Below are positions 1 to 9,304 of a stretch of DNA of 19,886 nt, in pieces; within the stretch, counting starts at the first letter, position 1; each line of letters begins with the position of its first letter. The stretch comes from Candidatus Bathyarchaeota archaeon (GTDB taxonomy: Archaea; Thermoproteota; CALKCG01; B24; DRYS01): the NCBI GenBank assembly GCA_018396535.1, contig JAGTQC010000011.1, positions 1 through 19,886 of the forward strand, written 5' to 3'. A program made the position numbers and the translations under genes. The notes under the pieces were generated by a model that was not told where the DNA came from, did not search any database, and was given only the letters and a program-made list of their open reading frames with translations.

Positions 1-20
1 ATGTTATATTACTAATTATT

Positions 21-176
21 TTATACTTGATTTATATGATTTTTTAAAGTCTTTAAATAATTTTCTGGTGTTCATATATCTATATAATCTTCAGAATTTC
101 CAAGTTCTAATGCATATACTGGTTCATTATTGTTAAATAAACTATAAATATGAGATGTAATAAAAATATGTATTAT
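21..176 (-). pseudogene. Remnant of the C-terminus of a sugar-phosphate nucleotidyltransferase (RmlA/GalU/GCD1-like)
   Basis: Minus frame reads ...NNEPVYALELGNSEDYIDI*TPENYLKTLKNHINQV*. This resembles the 'W/YxDIGTPExY' motif with GGA>TGA at 72-74. No start codon; very AT-rich. Confidence 0.45.
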
Positions 177-719
177 TTACCAGTGGTTGTAGCTTATTAT
201 TTGTTGTAGTGGTTTTCTGTCGGTTACTGGTTCTTTCTTTTCTGCTGGGTATCCTACTGTTATCATGGCTACTATTCTTGCTTCTTCTGGTATTCCTAAT
301 ACTTTTTTGAGTTCTTGTTCTTCGTGGAATACTCCTATCCAGCATGTTCCTAATCCCTGCTCCCATGCTGCTAGTACTAGGTTTTGTAGTGCTATCGATA
401 CGTCTATCTTCCAGAAGTCTGTTCCTGGGAAGCTTTCTCCTGGTATAGCGCATCCTACTATCACTACTGGTGCTGTATCTAATGGTCCTTCTCTAGGTGA
501 TCCTCTTGCTTGTGGCGGCCTCATCTTTTCTTTAACTGTTTTTATCGCTTCCTTTACTTTCGGATCTGTGATTATTATGAATTTCCATGGCTGTCTATTA
601 CCTGCTGAGGGGGCGAGTCTAGCTGCTTCGAGTATTCTTAGAAGTTTATCTTCCTCTACTGGTTTATCTTCATAGGTTCTTATGCTACGCCTTGTTCTTA
701 TAGCTTCGAAAACCTCCAT
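177..719 (-). CDS. Nitroreductase family protein
   Basis: RRSIR, AARLAPSAGNRQPW and GLGTCWIG motifs; AGGTG SD before the ATG. Confidence 0.93.
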   Translation of the reverse strand: MEVFEAIRTRRSIRTYEDKPVEEDKLLRILEAARLAPSAGNRQPWKFIIITDPKVKEAIKTVKEKMRPPQARGSPREGPLDTAPVVIVGCAIPGESFPGTDFWKIDVSIALQNLVLAAWEQGLGTCWIGVFHEEQELKKVLGIPEEARIVAMITVGYPAEKKEPVTDRKPLQQIISYNHW

Positions 720-791
720 ATATTACACCTACTAGGTTATGGATGTGTTGTGGTATATTAGGCTATCTATCGTTTAGGTTTTAGCTATAGG

Positions 792-1136
792 TTAGAGGAT
801 CAGTATTCCTATACCTATAGCGACTAGTACTATTACTACTATGAATATTACCGCTGCTAGGATGGATATAGCTAATGCTTTCAGCCATCCGCAATCGAAG
901 AAGTGTTTGATTAGTAGTAGCCATATTATGATTGTGAGTATAGCTGCGATCGGTCTGTGGGTGAGGTGGTTTATGATGGATCCGATGGATACACCTAGAG
1001 TGACTATCCATATAGCATCTGTGAATCTTGCTCTATCCTTACCTACTAGTATCCTTCCCGAGATCCATAGTATTGGTGCGATGGATACTAAGCAAACTAT
1101 AATCTGTATTATTAATTCTATAACGTTCATGTTCAT
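792..1136 (-). CDS. Small integral membrane protein (about 4 TM helices), function unknown
   Basis: 114-aa ORF with hydrophobic segments; same strand as the nitroreductase. Confidence 0.75.
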   Translation of the reverse strand: MNMNVIELIIQIIVCLVSIAPILWISGRILVGKDRARFTDAIWIVTLGVSIGSIINHLTHRPIAAILTIIIWLLLIKHFFDCGWLKALAISILAAVIFIVVIVLVAIGIGILIL

Positions 1137-1293
1137 AGTCTCACTTTTGGAGTTGTATTGATAGCTTCTAGTATTTTAGATTATATCCTATTTTCAACCG
1201 GGTTCGGTATAGATGTGTTTGGAAGATTTCCTATGCATGGTAATGTTTAATAGGGTTAAATCTAGCTTTTACCTATTTTAGGGTGGTGTCGGC

Positions 1294-1755
1294 TTGGTAG
1301 AGGTGCTTATACTATACTATTCTAGGACTGGTAGGACTGAGGCTTTAGCTAGAGCTGTAGCTGAGGGGGTTGGTAGGGTTGAGGGGGCTAGGGCTAGGCT
1401 TGTACGTGTGGATTATGCTACCGTCGAGGATCTGGTTTCATGTGATGCTGTAGCTTTCGGTTCTCCAAACTATTTCGGCTATATGGCTGGGCTTTTGAAG
1501 CATTTCTTCGATTTAGCTTGGAGTGTTAGGGGTAGGGTAGCTGGTAAGCCTGCTGCAGCTTTTACATCTGGTGGTGGATCTAGTAGTTCTGCTCTTCTAA
1601 GTATTGAGAGGGTTATGGAGGCTTTCAGGATGGTGAAGGTTTGTGATGGTGTTGTTTCGAGTGGTATGCCTAGCGAGGGGGATTTGGAGGCTTGTAGGAG
1701 GCTTGGTGAAGCTTTAGCTAGGGCTGCTATAGGAGGAGTATCTTCTAGAGGTTAG
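1294..1755 (+). CDS. Flavodoxin / WrbA-like NAD(P)H-dependent FMN-binding oxidoreductase
   Basis: YYSRTGRTEALA phosphate loop, GSPNYFG and GKPAAAFTS motifs; TTG start after GGTGGTG SD. Confidence 0.9.
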   Translation: MVEVLILYYSRTGRTEALARAVAEGVGRVEGARARLVRVDYATVEDLVSCDAVAFGSPNYFGYMAGLLKHFFDLAWSVRGRVAGKPAAAFTSGGGSSSSALLSIERVMEAFRMVKVCDGVVSSGMPSEGDLEACRRLGEALARAAIGGVSSRG

Positions 1756-1763
1756 TATTCTCC

Positions 1764-2600
1764 TCATATACGGTATGGTAGTCTATCAGCTATCTCGTGT
1801 ACCTCTTTCAATGTGGATGGTTTTATAGTTAATCCCATATCCTCTACTTCTATTATAGCTTGGATTAATCCTTCTAGCTTGTATCGTTCCTCAGATCCTT
1901 TACTATAGTCTATGGTGTTATGCGTCATAGCTACTATAGTTTTCAAAGGTGTATCGATCGAAGATATGTGTTGAAGCCACCATGATAGTATATCTTTGAG
2001 ATATTCTAGGCTACCTGATTCTATCCTTAGGTGTGGTGGATCACCTATACTAGGCTTGAATCTTATATCGGCTGTTACAGGTATATCTAGGAAGTCTATA
2101 TCTTCTATATGATGTGGATACGGTGGTGAATCAGACCATACCGCATACCATTCTGGTCTAACCCTACCCGGTATGTAGCAGCTACCCTCCCTGAATCCTA
2201 GATTGTATATAGCTCTATAGGTATCTATATTCGCAGAGAAGTTTCCAGGTCTGAAACATCTAGGTTTAAAACCTAGATACATATCCCAATCGTTTAAAGC
2301 CTCCCTAAGCTGGTATAGCTGATCTCTATAGCTATAGCTTGCTAGGTAATTCTTCCATAACCCATTCCTAAAGCTTTGAGGATGATAGTGTAAGCCTAGT
2401 TCAAAACCCCTACCCATAGCTTCAAGAAGTATATCCCTATACTTGTAAGCTGCTTCAGGTACTATGAAGAAGGTAGCTTTAAACCCATAGCTAGAGACTA
2501 CATCGATGAAATACTCTATAGAAGATCCACCTACATTAGGGTAGCTGAATAGCCTCTCACAATCCATAGTTAAAACTATGTATAAACAATCCCGAACCAT
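1764..2600 (-). CDS. Polysaccharide deacetylase (NodB/CE4-like) family protein
   Basis: LTMDCE, ATFFI, ELGLHYH and FRPGNF motifs typical of CE4-like folds. Confidence 0.78.
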   Translation of the reverse strand: MVRDCLYIVLTMDCERLFSYPNVGGSSIEYFIDVVSSYGFKATFFIVPEAAYKYRDILLEAMGRGFELGLHYHPQSFRNGLWKNYLASYSYRDQLYQLREALNDWDMYLGFKPRCFRPGNFSANIDTYRAIYNLGFREGSCYIPGRVRPEWYAVWSDSPPYPHHIEDIDFLDIPVTADIRFKPSIGDPPHLRIESGSLEYLKDILSWWLQHISSIDTPLKTIVAMTHNTIDYSKGSEERYKLEGLIQAIIEVEDMGLTIKPSTLKEVHEIADRLPYRI

Positions 2601-2804
2601 AAATATAGTATAACGTGGATAGCTAGCTTAAAACTCTCCGATATAGAATCTATATGGATAGAAATAGCAGATCTATGGCAGAAATATGGAGGAAAACTAT
2701 GGATAAACCTAGGGGGGCTGCACAAACTCTAATATACTAGTAAATCTAAGAAGCCTATCATAGGAAGAAATCCTTAACCTAAACCTCTACTATACCTAAA
2801 GTCT

Positions 2805-3368
2805 ATGTCTACTAGCTATAGGGGGCTTAACCCTACAGAATACTATACACTCCATCCTAGACCAGTCTACCTTATAGTAGTAGTTAAACCTGATGGTGGA
2901 TTCAACGTTATGACTATAGCATGGCTTACACCTGTAAGCAGCGATCCTCCTAAGATAGCTCTATCGATATCTAAGGATTCTCTAACACATAAAATCCTAT
3001 CAGAGAATGGAGAATTCACGGTTAATATCTTAGGTGAGGAGCATGTAGATATAGCTTATAGAGCTGGATCTATAAGCGGGTTTAAAGTAGATAAGTGGAG
3101 TATGATAGGATTCAAACCTGTAGAATCTAAGTTTATAACTGCTCCAGGTATAGATGGATGCTATGGATTCCTAGAATGCAAAATCTCGAATATGATAGAT
3201 GTAGGTGAATGCACATTATTCATAGCTGATATCCTATCGATACATGTGAGAAGCGATCTTGTAGAGAAGGGCTTCTGGAATCTTAGAAAAGCTAGAATAC
3301 TCCTACACTGTAGGAGTAGGATATTCACGATACCAGGTAGGATTATATACGCTACTACTAGAAGATGA
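2805..3368 (+). CDS. Flavin reductase-like (DIM6/NTAB family) protein
   Basis: HPRPVYLI, NVMTIAW..VSSDPP, GEFTVN and GECTLFIA motifs. Confidence 0.9.
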   Translation: MSTSYRGLNPTEYYTLHPRPVYLIVVVKPDGGFNVMTIAWLTPVSSDPPKIALSISKDSLTHKILSENGEFTVNILGEEHVDIAYRAGSISGFKVDKWSMIGFKPVESKFITAPGIDGCYGFLECKISNMIDVGECTLFIADILSIHVRSDLVEKGFWNLRKARILLHCRSRIFTIPGRIIYATTRR

Positions 3369-3400
3369 TACTACTATAGAAAGCATAGAGTATCCTAGAA

Positions 3401-3454
3401 GTTTAGGTGGCGTATACGAAGTATTATACGATACCACTATACCGCCACTAAAAC
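3401..3454. other. Intergenic imperfect inverted repeat (stem-loop) between convergent genes
   Basis: GTTT.GTGGC.GTATA...TATAC.GCCAC.AAAC arms with an inner GTAT/ATAC pair. Confidence 0.5.
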
Positions 3455-3469
3455 TGAATCATAGCTAGC

Positions 3470-4246
3470 TTATATGAATATATGCGATATATTCGTCGGG
3501 GTTTCCGGATCTAAGACTAGTATAAACGGCTTCCCACCATACACTCTAGTAGAGCTTACTGTAACTACTCTACCATTATGTTCGTAGCACGGTCCTGATA
3601 AAGCTTTCATAGGTTCATGACTCCTAACTATCATCTTAATACCTAGTCTATCACATACCTCCTCCGTAATATCTATACCAAACTCTACGCCAGCCCCCCT
3701 CCTACTAGGATACTCTCCATACCCACCCCATGGATCAGACCAGAGTACATCCCTCTCTACTAGTAGGCTAGGATATCTTAGATCGCTTATACTCTTAATC
3801 CTACTCGATACACCTCCATGAACCATGAGGATCTCCCCAGGTATCATAGCTGCTAAGTATAGCCTCTCTATAAAGAGTTTAAACTCCTCTACGAAGTACC
3901 TCATCCAACCCCCCTTCTTCCTCTCAGCTTCATATACGAGATCGCATGGATAGAATCTAGGTTCGCCATCATCACTATAATCCTCATGATTACCCTTTAA
4001 AGCTACGATCCTCCCACTATACTCTTCTAAAAGACTACTTATAGTATCTATAACTTCAACACCATACAATCCTCTATCAGCATAATCTCCTAGGAAAACT
4101 ATGAAATCCCTACTCATATCCACTAAGCCTATAATCCTCCTTAGAGAATCGTAATCCCCGTGAATATCCCCTACTACCAGTATCCTCTCTATCCTCTTAA
4201 ACTCTCTAGGATCGAATTCGAATAAGCGAGAATCTATTCGCGACAG
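3470..4246 (-). CDS. PPP-family (calcineurin-like) Ser/Thr protein phosphatase / metallophosphoesterase, 258 aa from a CTG start
   Basis: GDIHG (upstream of the track's GTG at 4123), LGDYADRG, GNHE, HGG, LWSDP, RGAG..FG and RSHE motifs; GGGTGGA SD 5 nt before the CTG at 4246. Confidence 0.88.
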   Translation of the reverse strand: MSRIDSRLFEFDPREFKRIERILVVGDIHGDYDSLRRIIGLVDMSRDFIVFLGDYADRGLYGVEVIDTISSLLEEYSGRIVALKGNHEDYSDDGEPRFYPCDLVYEAERKKGGWMRYFVEEFKLFIERLYLAAMIPGEILMVHGGVSSRIKSISDLRYPSLLVERDVLWSDPWGGYGEYPSRRGAGVEFGIDITEEVCDRLGIKMIVRSHEPMKALSGPCYEHNGRVVTVSSTRVYGGKPFILVLDPETPTNISHIFI

Positions 4247-4274
4247 ATAGATCCACCCTTATGTAAGAGTTAAG

Positions 4275-6446
4275 CTATGGATTATAACACTGCTCCTCTT
4301 CGATATTAAACCCTCCTATAAGTCTTATATCCCTAGATGATGACCCTACCCTAACTTCATAATAACCCTTCTCTATAAGCCACCTCTCCCCATCAAAACT
4401 TGCTAGAGATTTAATATCTATCAACAATTCTATCCTCTCGATTTCACCAGGATTTAGAAGTCTAGTCTTATAGAAGCTCTTCAACTCCTGGAAGGGTTTA
4501 TCTATCCTTCCCTTCGGAGCTTTAACGTATACCTGCGCTACCTCCCTTCCAGGATACTTACCAGTATTCTCTATGTAGAAGGCTACCCTGATAGATCCAT
4601 CTATCCTCTCCACCTCTAGATTACTATAGCTAAAGGATGTATATGATAAACCGAAGCCAAACTCGTAAGCCGGCTCTACTCCGAATGTATCATAGTATCT
4701 ATAGCCTACATATATCCCCTCCTCGTATACTACTCTTTGAGGATTATCCTTAGGTTCACCTGGGAAGCTCCATGAAGGGACATCGCCGTAATCTCTAGGG
4801 AATGTTATAGGTAGTTTTCCAGATGGGTTTATCCTACCTATAAGTGTATCAGCAGTTATCCTTCCAATCTCTTGTCCAGCTTGCCATACGAGTAGGATAC
4901 CATCTACTAGATCTCTCCAACTCACAACTTCTATCGGAGAACCTATATTTAATACTACTATAACCTTACCCCCGTATCTATGGAATATTTTAGATATCCT
5001 ATCTAATAGACTCCTCTCATCATCACTTAGATAGAAGTATCCCTTCTCAGGTTTAAGATCGTAACCTTCACCAGATATCCTACCTACTACGAATACTGCT
5101 ACATCATTTCTCTTAGCGAATCTCTCTATATCATCCTCACTTAGAAAATCTTGAGGTAGACTAGGAGCTTTAGGCTCACCTAATAAGCCTACTCTTATAC
5201 GATACTCGTCCATAGCTCTCATACTACCTACATATCTACGATAAGCTTCAGCTAGTTCTTCATCGATTACTAGACCCCTCTCCCTCATGCCATCTATGAT
5301 CGATACTACGTATCGAGGATGAGTATCACCACTACCAGTTCCACCTTTAATAGTCTCTATCTGCCCAGTTCCGAATACAGCTATCCTAGTATCCGGGTTT
5401 AACGGTAGGACACCATTATTCTTGAGGAGTATAACGCCTTCAGCACCTGCTTTGTAAGCTATCTCTGCATGCTCATCTAGATTAGGCATATTAGAGTATC
5501 TATACCCTTTAAACGAAGGTGAATTAACGATAATCCTCAATATATTCCTAACACTCCTATCTAGGATATCCATGCTAAGTCTACCATCTCTAACTGCTCG
5601 AATAATCTCCTCTACCTCATCCACCCTTCTAGAACTTATCTGGTAAGCCTTCCCAGGCATGATAAGATCGTTTCCAGCTTTCACCTGCTCTACAGGATCA
5701 TCACCTGCATACCAATCGGAAACGACGAAGCCATCGAACCCCCACTCCCTTCTTAAAACCTCTGTTAGAAGCCATTCATTCTGAGAACAGTATACACCAT
5801 TCAGTCTATTATATGCGCTCATAACAACCCAAGGCTTAGACTTCTTGATAGCTATCTCAAACCCTTTAAGATATATTTCTCGTAGAGCTCTCTCAGATAC
5901 TATAGTATCTATAGTCATACGATTCGTCTCTTGATTATTAGCTGCGAAGTGTTTAAGACATGCACCTACACCTTGAGATTGAATACCTCTAACGAAGGCT
6001 GCAGTCATCTCACCTGTTAGAAGAGGATCTTCAGAATAGTATTCGAAATTCCTACCACATAATGGATTTCTATGAATATTCATAGCTGGTGCTAGGATTA
6101 TATCGACACCATACTCTCTAACTTCTTCACCTATAGCTCTACCTACAGCTTCCAAGATGCTTCTATCCCAAGTCGATGCGAGCATAATAGCAACTGGGAA
6201 AGCTGTAGCGTAATACCTCTCCTCATCCCCCTCTCTTATAGGGTTTATTCTAAGACCTGCAGGTCCATCTGCTAGGATTATCGAAGGTATACCAAGCCTC
6301 TCTATAGGATATGTTTCACCAGCAGCTCCCGGAACTCTAGAAGGAGGGTTTCCGAACCAGCCTGGAAGCCCGACCCCTACTATAAACCTAGCCTTCTCTT
6401 CGAGGCTCATCATGGATATTATCCTATCCACATCTACCCTTATCAA
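4275..6446 (-). CDS. bglB: GH3 beta-glucosidase with C-terminal FnIII-like domain
   Basis: ADGPAG, GRNFEYYSEDP, KHFAAN, SDW nucleophile, SGEG acid/base and YVGYRYY motifs; closely resembles Thermotoga Bgl3B/BglB as recalled. Confidence 0.95.
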   Translation of the reverse strand: MIRVDVDRIISMMSLEEKARFIVGVGLPGWFGNPPSRVPGAAGETYPIERLGIPSIILADGPAGLRINPIREGDEERYYATAFPVAIMLASTWDRSILEAVGRAIGEEVREYGVDIILAPAMNIHRNPLCGRNFEYYSEDPLLTGEMTAAFVRGIQSQGVGACLKHFAANNQETNRMTIDTIVSERALREIYLKGFEIAIKKSKPWVVMSAYNRLNGVYCSQNEWLLTEVLRREWGFDGFVVSDWYAGDDPVEQVKAGNDLIMPGKAYQISSRRVDEVEEIIRAVRDGRLSMDILDRSVRNILRIIVNSPSFKGYRYSNMPNLDEHAEIAYKAGAEGVILLKNNGVLPLNPDTRIAVFGTGQIETIKGGTGSGDTHPRYVVSIIDGMRERGLVIDEELAEAYRRYVGSMRAMDEYRIRVGLLGEPKAPSLPQDFLSEDDIERFAKRNDVAVFVVGRISGEGYDLKPEKGYFYLSDDERSLLDRISKIFHRYGGKVIVVLNIGSPIEVVSWRDLVDGILLVWQAGQEIGRITADTLIGRINPSGKLPITFPRDYGDVPSWSFPGEPKDNPQRVVYEEGIYVGYRYYDTFGVEPAYEFGFGLSYTSFSYSNLEVERIDGSIRVAFYIENTGKYPGREVAQVYVKAPKGRIDKPFQELKSFYKTRLLNPGEIERIELLIDIKSLASFDGERWLIEKGYYEVRVGSSSRDIRLIGGFNIEEEQCYNP

Positions 6447-6579
6447 TACAACTCATCTCGTAGATCTAGATAGGAGGGTAACGTTATTAATAGTTTACCT
6501 ATTAGGATATAGTAGCGGATCTACCCTATACCGCAATAATTTATATCCTTTAGGATCGAATCCTATCTTTGATAAGGGG

Positions 6580-8064
6580 TTGTGGAAAGAAGTGGATAGA
6601 AGATCATATTCTGAAACCGTAGATTCTACGAGTATCTATGCGCTTACACCTACAGGTATCGAAGGTTTAGATAGGATTATCAAAAATCTACCTAGGGGTG
6701 GTTTAATCATAGTAGCAGGTAATCCAGGTACTGGTAAAACTATGTTCTCAGCTAAATTCCTCTATATGGGTGCTGAAAGATATGGTGAGCCAGGTGTCTA
6801 TGTAAGCTTCGCTGAGAAGAAGCCTATATTCTACTCGACTATGTCCAGGATAGGCTTAAACTTCGAGCATCTTGAATCTAGGAATATGTTTAGGTTTCTA
6901 GATCTACTCGCTATAAAGGATTCTGGTCTACCTCTAGTTATAGAATCCATCATAGAGACTGTAGAAGAGATAAAAGCTAAACGTCTAGTGATAGATTCAT
7001 TCTCAGCTCTAGCTCAAACACTTAAGGATCCTAGCGATCTTAGGATAGTATTACATAGCCTTTTAGGTAGGATTGTATGGAGTATGGATTGTACAACTCT
7101 ATTGATAAGCGAAATCCCACTAGGTGGAGCTAGGATAGGATTCGGGGTGGAAGAATTCGTAGCAGATTCTGTTATAATCCTTAGAGAGGGTATTCTAGAT
7201 GGAAGGTTTCTAAGAGATTTAAGAATAGTTAAAGCTAGAGGTGTAAGATTATCTGAGAAGCAGATGATATTCACCCTAGATAAGGGATTCAATGTTATAC
7301 CACCATTCGAAGCTCCGAGTATAGATGTATGGAGATTCTATAAGCCTCCAGAAGATCCTTCTAGAAATATATACTCGACTGGTATACCTGATCTAGATAG
7401 AGCAGTAGGCGGGTATCCTAAGGGGTCTATAGCACTCTTAGAGGTAGATTATAGGGTTAGAAACTATGACTATCAATCTACGATAACTATACCTTTAGGA
7501 TCATGCTTCCTAAGTAAGGGTGGAGGTTTGATAGTTATACCATCACTAGGTGTAAGCGCATCCACAGTTCTAGAACAATCTCTACTATCCTTCGAGGATA
7601 AGAGTAGAGTTGAAAGGAATCTTAGAATATTAACTATTAGAGGTGAATTAGGTTACAAGGTTAGACAGGGTATAGTGAATCTTAGAGGTGAATCTATAGA
7701 GGATGATTATAGTGAGATATGTAGGATAGAGGATGAATTAAGATCTGAAGTAGGTGGACCTATACTTAAAGTGATAGGGGTTGATAGGGTGATGCTACAC
7801 TATGGTTTAAACGATACGTTGAAACTATTATCGATGGATGTAGATAGAGTAGTTTCTAATGGATCTCTAACATTCCTCATAGCTAAACCTATACATCCAA
7901 AGCTTACCGAGAGGATATCGCCTATAGCTGATACCCATCTAAAGCTTACTAGAGAGCATGGGGCTCTAATCCTGTATGGAGTTAAACCTAGGACTGGTTT
8001 ATATGCTGTAGAAGTAGATGTTAGAGAGGGTTATACATGTACGAAGCTTACACCTATCGTATAG
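6580..8064 (+). CDS. KaiC/RAD55-like RecA-family ATPase with a degenerate second (GvpD-like) P-loop domain
   Basis: TGIEGLD, Walker A GNPGTGKT, Walker B LVIDS and EEFVADSVI. The second repeat starts STGIPDLD but lacks GKT. The likely start is TTG 6580 or GTG 6592; the ATG at 6412 overlaps the divergent GH3 gene. Confidence 0.85.
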   Translation: MWKEVDRRSYSETVDSTSIYALTPTGIEGLDRIIKNLPRGGLIIVAGNPGTGKTMFSAKFLYMGAERYGEPGVYVSFAEKKPIFYSTMSRIGLNFEHLESRNMFRFLDLLAIKDSGLPLVIESIIETVEEIKAKRLVIDSFSALAQTLKDPSDLRIVLHSLLGRIVWSMDCTTLLISEIPLGGARIGFGVEEFVADSVIILREGILDGRFLRDLRIVKARGVRLSEKQMIFTLDKGFNVIPPFEAPSIDVWRFYKPPEDPSRNIYSTGIPDLDRAVGGYPKGSIALLEVDYRVRNYDYQSTITIPLGSCFLSKGGGLIVIPSLGVSASTVLEQSLLSFEDKSRVERNLRILTIRGELGYKVRQGIVNLRGESIEDDYSEICRIEDELRSEVGGPILKVIGVDRVMLHYGLNDTLKLLSMDVDRVVSNGSLTFLIAKPIHPKLTERISPIADTHLKLTREHGALILYGVKPRTGLYAVEVDVREGYTCTKLTPIV

Positions 8065-8086
8065 TAATCTAGGGGATTAGAAGCCT

Positions 8087-9304
8087 ATGCTCGATCCATA
8101 TAGGGTTAGAGAAGATTTCCCCATACTATCGGTTAAGAGGAGTGATGGTAAACCTCTAATATACCTCGATAATGCTGCTACATCTCTCAAACCTAGAAGT
8201 GTTATAGATTCGATCGTAGAGTATTATGAGAAGTATACGGTTAACGTTCATAGAGGGGTATACCGTCTATCACATGAAGCTACAAGAATCTACGAGGATT
8301 CTAGGGAGAGGATAGCTAAGTTTATAGGTGTATCTCCGAGTGAACTCGTATTCGTTAAGAATACTACGGAGGCTATAAATCTAGTAGCATATGGTTTAGA
8401 TTGGAGTCCGGGTGATGAGGTTATAACAACCGTTATGGAGCATCATTCTAATCTAGTACCTTGGCAGATGGTTAGGGATAGGTATGGAGTTAAACTTAGA
8501 TTCATAGATATAACTAGCGAAGGTTTACTGGATATAGGGAAGCTATCAGATCTAGTATCTGAGAAGACTAGACTTATATCTTTAACCCATGTATCGAACG
8601 TCCTAGGTACGATAAATCCTGTAGAAGATATTGCACGTATAGCTCGTAGAAGCGGTATACTACTACTAGTTGATGCAGCTCAATCAGTACCTCATATACC
8701 GGTAGATGCTAGGAGGATTGGATGCGATTTCCTAGCTTTTAGCGGTCATAAGATGCTCGGACCTACAGGTATAGGATGCCTATATGTGCGTAGAGGGGTG
8801 GAGGATCTATTGAAGCCCGTATTCACCGGTGGGGAGATGGTTGGGAGGGTTAGCTTAGATAGAGCTACGTGGAGCGATATGCCTTTGAGGATGGAGCCTG
8901 GTACACCGAACATAGCTGGAGCTATAGGTCTCGCAGCTGCTGTAGATTACTTATCGAATCTAGGTATGGATAATGTTAGATCGTATGAAGATAGATTAAC
9001 AGATTATACTTTAAAGAGGATGAGTGAGATTGATAGGGTATCGATCTATGGTCCTAGAGATGTTAGGTATAGATCTGGTATAGTAGCCTTCAACGTAGAG
9101 AGGTTAGATCCGCATGATGTAGCTCTACTATTGGATGAATTAGAGAATATAGCTGTAAGATCTGGTGTACATTGTGCTGAACCCCTACATACTAGGTTAG
9201 GATTATCTGGTACTGTGAGAGTATCGTTCTACGTGTATAATACTTTAGAGGAGGTGGATATACTATGCGATACTTTGGAGAAGGTAATAGAGATGTTAGC
9301 TTAG
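8087..9304 (+). CDS. sufS: SufS/CsdA-type (group II) cysteine desulfurase
   Basis: YLDNAATS, EHHSN, DAAQS, SGHKM (PLP Lys) and RSGVHCA (catalytic Cys) motifs. Confidence 0.95.
   Translation: MLDPYRVREDFPILSVKRSDGKPLIYLDNAATSLKPRSVIDSIVEYYEKYTVNVHRGVYRLSHEATRIYEDSRERIAKFIGVSPSELVFVKNTTEAINLVAYGLDWSPGDEVITTVMEHHSNLVPWQMVRDRYGVKLRFIDITSEGLLDIGKLSDLVSEKTRLISLTHVSNVLGTINPVEDIARIARRSGILLLVDAAQSVPHIPVDARRIGCDFLAFSGHKMLGPTGIGCLYVRRGVEDLLKPVFTGGEMVGRVSLDRATWSDMPLRMEPGTPNIAGAIGLAAAVDYLSNLGMDNVRSYEDRLTDYTLKRMSEIDRVSIYGPRDVRYRSGIVAFNVERLDPHDVALLLDELENIAVRSGVHCAEPLHTRLGLSGTVRVSFYVYNTLEEVDILCDTLEKVIEMLA

Noticed and set aside
142-1161. ORFs 142..453(-), 265..675(+), 781..1011(-), 841..1161(+)
   Set aside because: Shadow frames overlapping the nitroreductase and membrane protein genes; no motifs.
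6412-6579. N-terminal extension of the KaiC-like ORF from ATG 6412
   Set aside because: It overlaps the divergent GH3 start and promoter region; the domain begins after about 6640.
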